DNA from: Camelus ferus
Lineage: Eukaryota
Reading direction: 5' to 3'
Assembly: GCF_009834535.1 (NCBI RefSeq)
Contig: NC_045698.1
Coordinates: 1,490,001 to 1,554,000 of the forward strand
DNA length: 64,000 nucleotides
Both the position numbers and the translations under genes were made by a program. This document shows positions 26,409-39,900 of this stretch, piece by piece (the first letter of the stretch is position 1; every line of letters starts with the position of its first letter). Below the pieces are notes generated by a model that made no database searches, was not told where the DNA came from, and saw only the letters and a program-made list of their open reading frames with translations.

Positions 26409-26553
26409 GCCCCGCCCCGCCCCGCCCCGCCCCGCCCACAGGCCTGGCCCCGCCCACAGACCTGGCCCCGCCCCACCCACAGGCCTGGCCCCGCCCACAG
26501 ACCTGGCCCCGCCCACAGGCCTGGCCACGCCCACAGACCTGGCCCCACCCCAC
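26409..26553. repeat. GC-box minisatellite: (GCCCC)n followed by 6 copies of an 18-bp unit ggccccgcccacag(g/a)cct
   Basis: Directly visible tandem units. The variant base alternates G/A, giving a 36-bp higher-order unit. Confidence 0.92.
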
Positions 26554-27302
26554 CTCGCCCCTCTCCAGGTCCGTCTGGCTGCTCTTCCCTCCTCTGTGGC
26601 CAGGCCTATGGCCCGTGCCTCTGGCCCACGTATGAATGCCCTCCTCCTGCTGCTTCTCCACCTCAGACATTCTTGGCAGCCGTGGTCTATGAGTATTTTG
26701 CTGGGGTAGGGGATGCTGTAGGAATCCCAAAGCTCTGTGCACCTGAGTGAAGACCCTTGGTTCCTGGTCTTTTCCGTGGAAGCTTCATGAAGAGCCCAGG
26801 AGGCCAGGCTCCTACAGCTGTCCGAGGGGAACTGGGCAGGAGGCGTGCCCGAGCCGCGGGTGGGGGCGGGGCGGGGGCGGGGCTCACCGCTGCGGTGCAG
26901 GGGAGGCCGCTCTCGCCCGCTCTCCTGGACCCGGGAGCGGCCTTCCCAGAGCCGCTCCCGGGCCCCATCTCGTGGCAGGCCACTAGCCGTCCTGGATCTG
27001 TTGTATTTCTGGGGAGATTTGGGGTCCATATTTTCCCGGTTCCACTTGTCCGCGGAGCACAGTGAGCTGGGATCACCAGACAGCCTGCGCTCTCCGTGAG
27101 TGGGTGATGCTGGTGCGGGTCCTCCCCACATGTGGCGTGGGCTGTGGTGGGCACAGCTCCTGGACAGCCAGGGGTTAAGGACATCACAGCACTGCAGGAC
27201 AGGGACAGGCAAAGGGCCACACCCACGGCACTATCTGGTCAGGGGGCTGGAGCTCAGGGCTGGGAGAAAGACAGAGTCAGTGCATAAGGGGAGGGAGGAA
27301 GG

Positions 27303-27488
27303 CACCGGTTCTCAACCAGGGGACGCCTGGCACTGGAGATGCTTTTGGTGTCAGACCGGTGAACGCTGCTGCATCTGGTGGGTAGCAGCCACCAAATGTC
27401 CTGCAATGCTGAGGCCAGCCATCCTGGCCAACAAGTCAGTGGAGCCAGGCCGAGTCCAGCTGGGCTAGCAGTTGGGGCAACAGCCCTG
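27303..27488 (+). mobile_element. MER20-like hAT-Charlie MITE
   Basis: caccggttctcaaccaggggac...ctggagatgcttttggtgtca...gcatctggtgggtag...tgtcctgcaatgc...ccctg. Confidence 0.75.
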
Positions 27489-30069
27489 GACCACACCAAG
27501 ATCTGGGTTTTACTTCTCCCTGGTTTACGGGACCCTGGAAGAATCACCCAGCCTCCGGGAGCTTCCATTTCCTCCTCCCACAAAATAGCCAGTTATAGGA
27601 GCCCACACCTGGGAGAGCTGTGGCAGGGGAGTAAACGCAATATTGGAGGTAAAAACAGCAGCTTGGGCCTGAGGGCCGTGAGCAGTATATGTCGTCACCA
27701 TCCACTGAAGCTTGTTTCCCCAAATACACATGAGATACATTCCAAGCCTGCTGAGCGCCTTGTTTAGCATCTACAAAAAAATAAATAAAAGACTTTCAAA
27801 AGATCTTTCAGTTGCATCTGGAACGTGTCCTATAACCAACTGAATAAATAAACAAATGCCCCAAATAGAAAATAAACAAACTCTCTCTTGCCAACAATGG
27901 GTTCATGTTAACAAAAAACAAGCAAAGAAACCTGTTGGTAGATAAATGGTTTGTATGTTTTCATGTGAAGTTTGTTCTTCTTTGGAAAATGTGGCTTTGA
28001 AATGAGATGTGGTAGGTGTGGGCTCGGGATCTGGGGGAGAAGCGGTGGGGGCTTTGTCAGGGGGACCCAGGTGGTCTGGCAGGGCCTCTGAGGTCAAAGG
28101 AGATGAGACCAGGAGAACACGCCCCCAGATCGGCTGTTTTCACAGTCTAATTACTCTAGGGAAAGTCAGACCCTGTGAGCACAAACATATCTGCAGAGAG
28201 GTCCAGCCGCGTAGGATCTTCATCCTCCTTCTACTAAACAATGCAATATTCTGTTCTAGTTGTCAGTGAAATGCGTCTTTCTTCCTTGATCACGGTTTCA
28301 TCCTTTGTGCCGGTTACTTTGCCAAAGGGAACGCCACCCACACAACATATTTTTGCAACATTACTTTTACTCTGGTGGTAATTCAATTAATGAGAAAGAT
28401 TGGAATCTGGTGAAATCACATACTTTGCTAGCACAGACTTGTCATCACTGTCTGATGGGAAAGAACAGCCACAGAATCTTTAACTAAAATTGCAGGTAAG
28501 AATAGCATTGCCTGCATCGGTGGCAGCCGCCCTGTGACAGTCAGGAACACCTAACGCAGAAGGTGTAAAAATCACAGAAGCCCTTCGCATTTCTGTCCCT
28601 AACCCTCTGGATCACACCGTACGTTTTCTTCACTACGAACTTTAGTCCTTGGAGAGTTCTACGTCATGGAATAAGTAACATACTCTCAGATAACCTGTTT
28701 TTTTTTTAATTTCTCATATATGTTTGAAATTTTTAACATAAAGCCCCTGGTAAAATGCCACTCCCATAAAAACACATTAATGGGATCTTTCCATAAACAG
28801 CTTCAGAAAATGGAAAGAATGTCTTTGAACACGTTCAAAGAGACATTCCGTCTTCGTGTGGAGATGAACTTGGCACAAGAAAGGTGCACAATAAACAGAA
28901 ACAGACATTCATCAAGCCTTTCGCCGAGAAGATTTTTATCTCCGGATCACAGTTCCGTGTGGCCCCTGCAACTATTTTCAGTCCCTGGAAATAGCTTCTG
29001 GGAGAAACCAGGATTTATTTTTCCAGGAGCAAAAGCACACCTTTCCGACGCGCCTGCATCAGCCAAAGCTTCTCTTTGTCCAAACCCAGCAGCCGACGGC
29101 CAGCTCTGTTTCATTCTGCTGAGTGGAAAATCTTCTTTGAAAATCTTTAAAAATGCTGAACAAACAAATGGAAATCTAAATTAACTCACCGAGGTGTGAT
29201 TTCTGCTCCCCGACAGCAGACAGGAAGGGTCAGGAGTTGCGTCTGTTGACAACAACTGTTGGCATCGTACTGTCCCAAAGGACAAAGCCTTGGGCAGAAA
29301 GTTCCCAGAAGGGGTCTCGGGGAGTTAGGCACCCGCAACAGAAACTCTCCGATAAGTCCACCTGGGGGGCAGGTACTTCCTCACAAAGGCTCAAACAGAG
29401 CGCTGCCCTCACCTCTGCTGGGTGTCCCTGACTCTCCTCATTTACAAAGTTCCCACAGTCCCAACATGCAGGTTTGATTGCGATGTCTTCATTTTTGCTG
29501 GTGAGTTTGCTGTGCTTCGGCACGCAGCCCACCTGAGGAGGGTGAAATGTTTCCCTGGATCAGATTATTTGACTGAATAATCAGATTCCGATGATTTTAC
29601 TTTGATTTTTACAGCTTCCAGGTGACTGGAGACTGAGGAGACGTGACGTGTCCAGGGAGCCGTGTCAAAGCGCAGCGCAGCCTCCCGGAGCCCTGCTCCC
29701 CTCGGAGGACGGGCTGCGACCCGCACGTCTGAGACGCCATGATGCCAGGCTGCAGGGTCCCACTTAGGGGTCGCCTGCTGTGACTCACAGCCTGCGAAGA
29801 GAGCAGAGATGCGCAGAGGATTTACGCACATGTCCGCACGCCATGGCGCAGTTCATAACGGCAGCACGTGGGAGAGCTGAGAAGCTGACCTGTAGAGACA
29901 GGATCAGTGTGTCCGCGTGTCCATACAGTAAACCCCCACATGATGGCAGGCAAAATACCTCATACTATGAACATTCAAGTAATAGAATTTTTTAAGAAAT
30001 GAATATTCAAATAACAGAAGTTTTTTAAAAAGCAACCACTTAACGGTTCTAAACTTAAAAGAGGAAAAC

Positions 30070-30225
30070 AAAAATATCTACATACACATTAAGAAAGGTC
30101 TGTGGATAAAGCTACCCCGAAGTGTTTAAAATAGACCTAGGAAGTAAGATTACAGGTTATTATTTTTTCTTTTTTTACTATATATTTTACTATTTTCTAA
30201 ATTGCTGATTTCATAATCAGAACAT
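30070..30225 (+). mobile_element. Degenerate L1ME 3' end
   Basis: aaaggtctgtggataaa...gattacaggttattattttttctt...tattttctaaatt...ttcataatcagaa resembles L1ME termini. Confidence 0.45.
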
Positions 30226-32229
30226 TTAAAATCATATATTCATGTAAAATTTATGGCCAGGAACAATGTTCCCCATAGTTGTGAATGGGAAAAGGGCATA
30301 TGTCCACTGGACCATTTCTTATAATAATGAGAGAAAGTGGAACCAGCTAAAAGTCCGGAAGTCTGACGCGCAGGCTGGACTTGTACAGGAGCTGCAGCGT
30401 GGACACCAGAGTGGTTCTGAAGGACACCCGTGACCTGGGAAGCTACGGGCGCCGGTCTGCCGTCCCGTGGCCCCTGACTTACTGCCGCTTCTTGGGATGA
30501 GCGACTAACTGGGAATCCCAGGCTCGGCTCGTTCTGATGCCTGGTTTGGGGACTGTAAAAGCTCGAAGCGAAGCTTCGGGTGAGAACAGAAATCCCCAGG
30601 AGCAGTCTGACGGCGGTGAAGGGGGCCCGGATGACCCCAGTGTCTGTCATTCTGTTAGTAAAAGACTGAAGCAGAGCGGTCTCCAGCCTCCCGTGGGGAG
30701 AATCCGCCGGGCATGGCCTGAACGTTAGGGAGGAGGGAGAACTCCGCCAGGGAGTGGGGAGGTGTCCCCGTCCCACCGCCAGCCACGAGGGTTCCCCCGA
30801 ACATGAATCTGCCCCAACCACGGGGCTGCAGCCCCGCCTAAGGAAACGCTGGCCCGGCATGGACGCCCGGGGAGCTGTAATTTCCCCATATGAGCATCGC
30901 AGGACCTGCGCGCGGGAAGCCACGCATTTCTCGCTCTGATGGAAGGATCCGCTGTGTTCTCTAAACGTAGCACGGTGACCGTAGAAGCGATGGCTGTTTC
31001 CTGGCGCTGTGTGTTCTTAATGTGCTGGTAGGTAAAACATCCCTGCCTTAAAAGGGATAATTGTATTTGTCATAAATTCCTTTGGGAATAATTTCGCTTT
31101 CAACTCGGGGCGGGAGGGAGTCTTTGATTCGCGACATGAAGGATTACACGAAGGTGGAAGGGCAGGGGCCGCACCTGACAGGTGCGCTTCTGGTCCAGCG
31201 CCAGGTGACTTACTAACACTAACCTGGGGCACATTTACATTTGAAAACCAAGCCTGACATCCAGAGACATCGAAGTGTCTGATGCAGCTGAAGGCTTTGT
31301 ATTTGGAAACGCAGTTGAAATGCGGGCGTTGGGACGAACACTGGTGAATCCAGTGGGGCCGAGCCCAGCCTGGAGATGGAGAGGAGGCCCCCGGACCGCC
31401 CTCTTCGGTGTGCGCGGAGATGCCCCAGCCAGCACGCTGGGAGGTGCTGGCACCTCGGCTTCCCCGCCGGCTCTGTGGTCAGTGCGGGACGCACAGGGCC
31501 ACCTTCTGACGGAAAGTACTCCGCTGGGTTAACGTGTGGACGTCCTCTGCTCCACAGCGCCCACAGGAGGGGCTTTGCCCCACAGAGGGACACAGACACC
31601 CATTCCTGGGGAGGTGGGGGGGGGGAGGAGCGAGGGAGGGCGGAAGCGAGAGGTTTTGTTTACTGGGCAGTGTCTGTCACGTGGAAATTAAAACTGAAAA
31701 TAAAAACCACAGAGGACATGGAAAGGAGTGTTTAAAAAATGTCTGGGTTTCTGTTGAACTGAAGTTCTCATGTGAACCAGGCTTGAAATGAGAGTGTCCC
31801 CCGGTCCTCACACGGCGATGGCCCACCGGTCTCCACGTTTCTCAGCGTCGTTACTCACACTGTCCCTGTCCCACGGCGGAGGAGGGACGCCGGCCCCGTG
31901 TGGTCTGCGCAGACCCCGGCGGGGAACCCGACCTTCGGGGACAGCCCCCTCCCCTCCTTGGGGCCCGAGGGGGAGCCCCGAGGTCCCCGACCTGCAGCCC
32001 CCGCACCCTCTGGCTGCAGGCACCCTGGGCCCCTGGGCTGCCTCCCGGAGCAGCTCTGCCCCATCTCTGACGCTAGTGACAACTGTTCCTTGTTTTGGTT
32101 TTCAGGTCTGTTTTGGGGTAAGAACTGATTCCTTTTGTTTCCTGAAACCTCTGGCTGGAATGAAAGCTGGAGGTCTTTTCTAGGGGAGACCCTTTCATTT
32201 GTGAAGGAATTTCTTTTCTGTTTGCTGTA

Positions 32230-32548
32230 GACGGAGTGTCGAGTCCTAACCCTCAGGGTGGAGGCGGGGCCTCGGCCGGGAGGCGGTCATGAGGGTGGAG
32301 CCCCCATGGTAGGGTCAGGGCCCTGATAACAGACCCCAGAGGGTCCCTTGCCCCTTCCTCCACATAAGGACACGGGGAAGGCGTGTCTGTGACCCAAAGG
32401 AGGCCCTCCCCGGACACAGAAACTGCGGGCGCCTGGATCGTGGACCTCTGGTCAGGCTTCCAGACTGGGAGGAAGAATATCTGTTGTTTGAGCCCCATCT
32501 GTGGCCTTCGGTTATCGGAGCCCCAGTGGCTAAGGCGCTGGTCATGAC
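32230..32548 (+). mobile_element. MLT1A-like (ERVL-MaLR) LTR
   Basis: gtcctaaccctca...ggtcatgagggtggagcccccatggtagggtcagggccctgataa...gaggccctccccggacac...gcgcctggatcgtggacctc...tctgttgtttgagcc...ctaag. Confidence 0.85.
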
Positions 32549-35334
32549 ACCCCTCATTCCACAAATAGCTGTCTCAGGCCTGCAGTCCCGCACCCACAGG
32601 CCCAGCTCCTGCCTGAGGGTCCATGGACACCCTGCTGGGAGAAGGAAAGACTCTCGGCCCCTCCTCGGGGTTCCCCGTGGGCCTCTGGCACCAGTCCCTG
32701 CTGAGCTGGCGGAAACAGGCTGGAAGCATGTAGTGTCCCTGAGGTCACTCAACCCCTATCCCCCTGCCCATGTGAGCATCCACTGAGGCTCTCAGAGAAG
32801 AAACAAAGTAGGACCTGAGCTGTCAGCTCTGAGTCAGCAAGGGATCGACCCCCTCACCATCACCAGGGTCTCTGTGAGACAGGACCACGTGTCCCCCATG
32901 GCCACACTCAGAGGTGAAGGGTCAGGGCAGGTGGCACTGCCCTCTCCCAGGTCAGGGAAGACTGTTCCCTGTGAGAGAGAGACAGAGAGGAGGACCTGCA
33001 CCCCACCCCCACGCTCTTTGGGTGCTGATGGGCCAGTCCTCCTGGCAGCTGACCACCGTCTCAGGAGTGGACGCCCCATCTCTGCAGCCGGCCTGGGTTC
33101 TCTGTCCTTCTGGATGACCACACTCACCTCCCTGCCTGAGTGCTTTGGATTTCAGGGAATTTGGGCCACCCAGCCTTCCAGGCTGTGGAAGAGTCAGCCG
33201 GCCACTCCCCACCATGAGATGGGCTGTCCTCTAGTCTGTCAGTCAAGGATTTGTAATCATCAAGTTTGAAAAGTGGGGCTTTCTCAGTAAGCCACGTGGC
33301 TGGGGCCCAGGTGATGCCTTCGTGGGGACGTGGGCGCCCTGTCCTGGAGCAGAGGCTACCCCCAACCCGCTCAGGTGTGTGTGATGCTCGGTGGGCACCC
33401 TGTCCCGAGAGAGCGGACGGAGCCCTCAAACAGGGCTCACATCCCCCGCATCCCAGCTCAGTGCAGCGGGGCGTCACGCTTTGTCCGGCTAAACATCTTC
33501 TTCAAGTCTCATTACACAGCAAAGGGCCATGCTTTTCATTTCTAAGGTATGATTAAACTCACATTTGTTCTTGATTGAGGTTTGGAATCTTTTATTTCAG
33601 GGGAAAAAAAAGACAGACTTCAGAAGGGAGTGGGAGAGGGCTGTGACGCTCGGTGAGACCATTAAATTTAATCCTTCCTTCACATTCACTCCAGGGGGGA
33701 TTTCAATTAAATTTGTTCAAAATTTATCAGTTTCCTGCATGTCGGCATAAATGATTCAGGACCACTTACACTCACAGAGTAGAGTGTATGGAAGGACACA
33801 CATTATTGTTATAACTTTTCACAGTTTCTTCATAAATTCACCTAAGAGGAGTTTCTATTATTTAAAACCCTTGTCCTCCACATTAAATGGTCTTGTTGTT
33901 CTTGCTGCGATGGAATCTAATTACCTATGCAAATTTTTGGAGCACTCCTGAGTTGCAAAAGCTGCCCTTTTCCCCAGCGGGATGTGAATGCAGCATTCAT
34001 CCTGCAGAGAAAGAAACAGGAAAAGGCATCTCCAGACACGCCAGCACTGGGGGGCAGTGAGGGAGCGCTGTCAGGGAGCTGCAGTGGCGGGTTCAGACAG
34101 CAGCGAGGAATCAGTGTATTTGGGAGCGGGGTCCTAGGATGCTGTACCAGGCTGACTTTGTGTAACACCAAGAGGATATACCTCTCTCCGTGGAGAGTGG
34201 GAACAGTCCAGAGAGCATCCCCTCGGTTGCACTAGGTACTTGGTGGCCACCAAGGCTGCCATGAACCTCTACGCTCATCTGTCTGAACAATTCCCTGGAC
34301 ACTTTTACGACCCCCAGAATTTATCTAGAGAAATCCACTCGGCAAGGATGTGCTAACATAAAATCTCTGACTATTGGCCACATGGGAAGAGTTTTGCTTC
34401 CTTTTTCCCTTGAAGGATGACACCAGTGAGAAGCCTGGGCATCTTAGATGTTCTCTGCTTCCTGAACTAAAGGACAACGTTCACATGAAAATGAGCATCT
34501 CATGGCACAACGGAAGTATCAGTCGTATTCCTCGTCAGCTAGAGACCAGATTTCACAGGAGGAATTGAACTGACCTCAAGTTAATAACTAGGAGTTGTAA
34601 GAGAACTGAGATGGTTTTAGCTAGTTCTTCCCCTTTCAGAATGTTGCCCCTTAAGGATTATTCACCCTGAAGGATGTATACGAAGAGTGTACATCTTTGC
34701 CTCCATGGAAATAAAACTGAGAGCTGGTTGTTGGAAAACTATGGATAGACTTTTTAAGTTCTAGCCTTCACTTGGTAGACAGAGGTGGGGTCATTCTAGC
34801 TTTCTTCCATCTAATCCATTGCTATGGAATAACTTTTTGAAAACCGAGTCTAGCAAAATCAGGTGTTTTCCTGAATTTGGGATCCAATCACTAGCATCTC
34901 CCTTGTGAGGTCCAGCAAAGCATCTCATAACAGAAACGCCTTACTGAACTTACTCTGATCTCTTGTTTCCTCTGGGACCGGGATTCCATTCCTCCCTCCA
35001 TCTGACTGCCAATTTCTGAGGGAAAATACATCTTAATTCCTTCTCCGTTTTTCTCCCTCAGAGTCAAAGTGGCTTTCCAAGATGCACAGCGGTAAGAATC
35101 TCTGATTTCCTTTTGGGGACCAGATTTTCCCAGATCCTGAGCTCGCATTGCCCTTGGAAATGTGAATGTTAAGGACCTCAGTCACACCAGTGGAGGGTCC
35201 AAAGTGTTCAGATGCCACAGCCTGAAGGTCATGATGTGGGGTGGATTTCTCTCCAGTCACTGAATCTCCTTTGCTGTAATTTTTCAATGAAGAATCATCG
35301 AACTTTCGCCAGGAATTTTTTTTAGCACATTATA

Positions 35335-35468
35335 GAACTCTCCCATGAATTACAGAAATGTTATAATTCCTGAACTTTGCCAACAAAACACCAGTGGTGA
35401 TCCCAGTCATTGTGACAACAAAAGTGATCCCACATACTTCAGATACTTAGTACCGGAAAGAACCACTG
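35335..35468 (-). mobile_element. MER20-family fragment
   Basis: ccagtggtgatcccagtcattgtgacaacaaaa...agaaccactg is the reverse complement of the MER20 left end (cagtggttct...ttgtcacaa). Confidence 0.55.
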
Positions 35469-35469
35469 A

Positions 35470-35670
35470 AAACAAACAAACAAATCATTGAAGGAGCCAG
35501 AAAGAAAGGTCATACCAACTTCAAAACTAGAAACCGAAGACAACAAGAGTGACGGCTGACTTCTCGATGGAAACAATGGAAGCTAGAATAGAATATATGA
35601 CATATTTTAAATGTTTAAGAAAAGTGACTGCCAAAAAAGAATTCTATGCTATGTGCCTTAACCTTCAAAG
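35470..35670 (+). mobile_element. Old L1 ORF1 3' fragment
   Basis: agagtgacggctgacttctcgatggaaacaatggaagctagaa encodes the ADFSxETMEAR-type motif of L1 ORF1p. It is followed by agaattctat. Confidence 0.75.
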
Positions 35671-35679
35671 GTCATGGCA

Positions 35680-36929
35680 GCAAAGGGAATTTCAATGAAA
35701 ACAGCAGAATAAGGAGCTCTGAAAATTGTTTCATCCATAAAACCAAGGAGAATATTGTACAGAAATTGCCAGAATCACATTTTCAAATCTCCGGAAATTA
35801 ATCAAGGGCTTATAGCAATGCAGGGAGTGTTTATTCAAGAAAAAACACATCTGAATTTCATATGGAAGAGTGAGCTGTGGACATTTTAATTTACCCTATT
35901 TCCACCCCTCTCCCCCAGTGCTAGGGTGGGCTTTAAAACCAACAGCCCACATTCAAGGTGAACAGCAGCAGCCTGGCAGCCACTGGAGCAGAAAAAATGT
36001 GGGAGATCCTTCAAACCCCCTCCCCCAAACTGGCCTTGTTTGACCTGTCTGGTTGTTCCCTGGGAAACCCACTCATGAGGTTGTCTTTACTTGACCTCAT
36101 TTGGAGCTCACCCAGCAGAACAGCCTTTTCCCCAGTGATGTATGTCAAAAACAACCGGAGGCAACTGTTGAACACTGAGGTTGCTTGAGGCAATAGATCA
36201 CAGTCAGAGAAACTGTCAGGCTAACCAAAAAAGCTAGAGGATGAGATGTCTATAGATGCTTGAGAAATCTCAATATAGTTGTTGGATTATGGATGGATCT
36301 GTGCATGTCCAGGGCTGAGCAGATGCTCCAGAGAGACGTGAGAATGCCCTGAGCTCTCGTCTTTTGTACCCTCGAGGCTCTGCACAAGCAGGAAGGGTGA
36401 GGCAGCAGTGCAGTCTGTCTGGCTGTGTGCTGAAGGTGTTCCCCACCATGTACACACAGACCCTCAGCAAAGATGGGAAACTTGTGGACATCCCTGTCCA
36501 AATGTTTGCTGACCACTAAACCACCTAGGCAGAGACTTCAGTGGTCACACCTGACAGAAAATACAGATGTACAGGATTAGTTTAAAAGTGAGTAAGTAAA
36601 CCTAACCAAAAGCCAAGAGCAACTACATAAAGCCCTGCAGGTGGAGAGAGTCTGACCTTCAGAGCTACCACATTTTGTGATTGAAAAATCCAATTTTCAA
36701 CAACAACGACAAATATGAGACATGCAAAGAAACAAGAAAGTATGACCCAAGCACAGAGGGAAACAGAGCAGTAAACAGAAAGGCCCTGGAGGAACCCAGC
36801 CTTCGGACGTAACAGCCAAAGCACGTAAATCATCTGCTTGATGTATTTTCACAGAACCAGAAGGAGCCATGCTTAGGTAACCGAAGAAAAGCATGAGAAT
36901 CACTTCTCACCAAATGGAAAATACAATAT

Positions 36930-36962
<33 letters not shown>

Positions 36963-39900
36963 AGAAAAAAAGAACCAAATACAAATTGCGAAGCTGAAAA
37001 GTTCGAGATTGAAATACAAATTTTACTAAAGAGCCTCACAAACAGATTGGAGCAGGGTTCCATGAATCTGAAGGAAGGCCAATTGAAATTATCCAGTTGG
37101 AGGAGCAGAAAGAATAAAGAACGAAGAGAAATGAACAGAGCCCTGTGGGACACCATCGGGGTACAGACACACACATCATGGGAGGCAGAGGGAAGCAGAA
37201 ACTGAAAGCAGGACACAGGGTGTCTGACGAAGCAGCAGCCTGCACCTGTGCAGGTGCACAGGGTTCTCCGTGAGAGTAAGAGGAGGTTCTTACCGGCCAC
37301 TGTGGAGGCTGGAAGGCAAAAGTCTGTAAACCAAGCATGTGTATCCTGAAACACCATTCTTTAAAAATGAGGGAGAAATTAGACATCCCCTAACGAAGAA
37401 AAACTGGAAAAACATGTTACTAGCAGGATAGGTCGTATGTTAAGAAGACATTTAAAAAAAAAAAGCTTCAATATTTTAACAAAGATTGGAGTCTTACAAA
37501 GTAAACTTTCAGACCAAAATGGGATAAAATTAGAAGTCAATATCTGAAGTAATTTGGGCAATTCACAAGCATGTGCAAATTAACACAATTCTAAATTATA
37601 AATGGGTAAAAAAAAAAACCCACAAGATAAAAATACTTTGAAATAAATGAAAACAAACAGGATATACAAAATTTCATGGAATTCAGGTGAAGCAGTGCTT
37701 CAAGGGAAATTTATAGCTACGTTGCCTGTATTCAAGGAGAAGCATCTCAGAGAACCTCACCGCCCACCTGAGTGACTAGAAAAAAGAAGAGTGTGCAGAA
37801 ACCAAAACAAGTAGAAGGAAGGAAATCATAAATATTTGAGTATAATAAATCAAATGGATGAATAAAATAGAGAAAAATCAATGAATCAGAAAAGTTAGTT
37901 CTTTGTAAAGATAAACAAAAAATGACAAACTGCCAGCTAGAATAACCAAGGGGGAAAAAGAGAAGACTCGAATGACTAAAGGAATGGAAGAGGAGCTGTA
38001 ACTACCAGCCTTACAGAAATAACAGCCACAACGGACACTGCAGACAACCAAGTGCCAACTAATTAAGTAACTCCGGTGACGTGCAAACATCCCCAGACAG
38101 ACACAAACCACTGAAACTGGCCCTAAAAGACATTCAAAGTTTTGAATGAACCTGTAACAAATAAGGAGAACGAATAATCAAAAATTTCCCACAAGGAAAC
38201 ACTCAGGAGAGGACCTTATTGGTGAATTTTACTAAACATTTAAAGAAGAGTTAATACCAATCCCTCACAAACACTTCCAGAAAACAGAATATCAGGTAAC
38301 ATTTCTCAACTAATTCTATGATACCAGTATTACCCTGGTACCAAGACCAGACAAAAACATCCCAGAAAACAGAAAATACAAGGCAATGAATACAGGTACC
38401 AAAATATTCCACAAAATACTAGCAAACTTATTCTAGCAATATATAAAAAGGATTGCACACCATGATCAAGTAGAATTTATCCTAGTAATGCAAAAATATT
38501 CAAGGTATAAAAATCAATGGGTGCAACAAACTGTATTAGTAGAATAAAGGACAAAAATCACATGACAATCTCATAGATGTGAAAACAGTTATTTGTCTAA
38601 ATTTAACACTTTTGTAATAAACACACTCAAAAAACTAGGAATAAGAGGGGACTTTCTCAACCTCATAAAGGGAATTTATTAAAAAAAAAAAGACAATCCA
38701 TAGCTAACATCATACTCAACGGTGAAAGGCTGAAAACTTTCCTTCTAAGATTCTAAGATGAGGAACAAGACAAGGGCATCTGCTCATCATTTCTATACAG
38801 AGTTGTCCTGGAGGTTCCATCCAGGATCATTAGACAAGAAAAGAGAAAAAAAGAACATCCAGACTGGAAAAAAAATGGTGAAAATGAGAAATGAGAGCAC
38901 CGCTATCTGTTGATGATGTGTTCCTCCAGATTAAAAACTCCTAAGGAATTCCCACATTCACATGTACGAGCACAGAGAAGAAAAAACAATGCATTGAAGC
39001 TAATAACTGAGTTCAGCAAAGTTTCAGGATAAAAGATGAAAACACAAATATCAGTTGTATTTCTTTATTCTAGGAATAAACAATCTGAAAAGGATTTTAA
39101 GGAAATAACCCCTTTAGAACAGCATCTAGTGTATTAAGGGAAACATTTTGCAAACACAAGACTGTACCCTTAAAACTACAAAACGTCATTGAAAGTAGTT
39201 ACAATTAAATAAAACTTAATGGAAATACATCTGTGTCTGGATTGGAAGTTGAATGTTGCCAAGATGGCAATACTCCCTAAACTGATCTATAGATTCAAAA
39301 TAATCTCAGTCAGCCTCCCAGCTGATGTGTGTGTGTGTGTGCACGCGCACACATGCATGTGCATGCAGAAACTGAAAACCTGTAATTTGCATGAAAATGC
39401 AAGGGATCCAAAATAATCAAAACAAACTTGAAAAAGAAGAACAAAGTTAGAAGATTCATACTTTCTAAATTTCAATCTTACTACAAATATACAGAAGACA
39501 GATGGAGATTAATGGAATAGAACTGAGTCCAGAAATAAACTCATACGTTCAGATCAATTGATTTTTGACAAAGAATCAAGACCATTCAGTGGGGAAAAAA
39601 TAGTCTTTTTAACTAAAGGCGCTGGGACAACAGTATATCTACATACAAAACAATGAAATTTGGCCTCCACCTCACACTACATACAACATTTTACTCAAAA
39701 TGGACTAAAGATCTAAATATAAGCACTAAATCCATACAATTCTAGAAGAAAGCATAGGTGTGAATCTTTCTGACTTTAAATTAGGGCATGGTTTCTTAGC
39801 CATAGCACCAAAAGCACAAGCTAAAGAAAAACAAATAACTACATCGAACTTCATCAAATTAAAAAAAAAAAAAGCAAAACACTTGTGCTTCAAAGGACAA

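Noticed and set aside
26409..26553. CRISPR-like regularly repeated array
   Set aside because: The units are contiguous with no unique spacers, there are no cas genes, and the context is mammalian.
26217..27212. Longest ORF in the window (331 aa), with repeated GGARxV units
   Set aside because: It is open because of high GC content and the minisatellite, ends inside an L1 tail, and has no recognisable domain.
34239..34254. Perfect 16-bp palindrome cttggtggccaccaag
   Set aside because: About one 8-bp-arm palindrome is expected by chance in 64 kb (64000/4^8).
34200..35330. Possible processed pseudogene in a CpG-poor unique stretch
   Set aside because: Only short frames, no recognisable protein, and no poly(A) or TSD.
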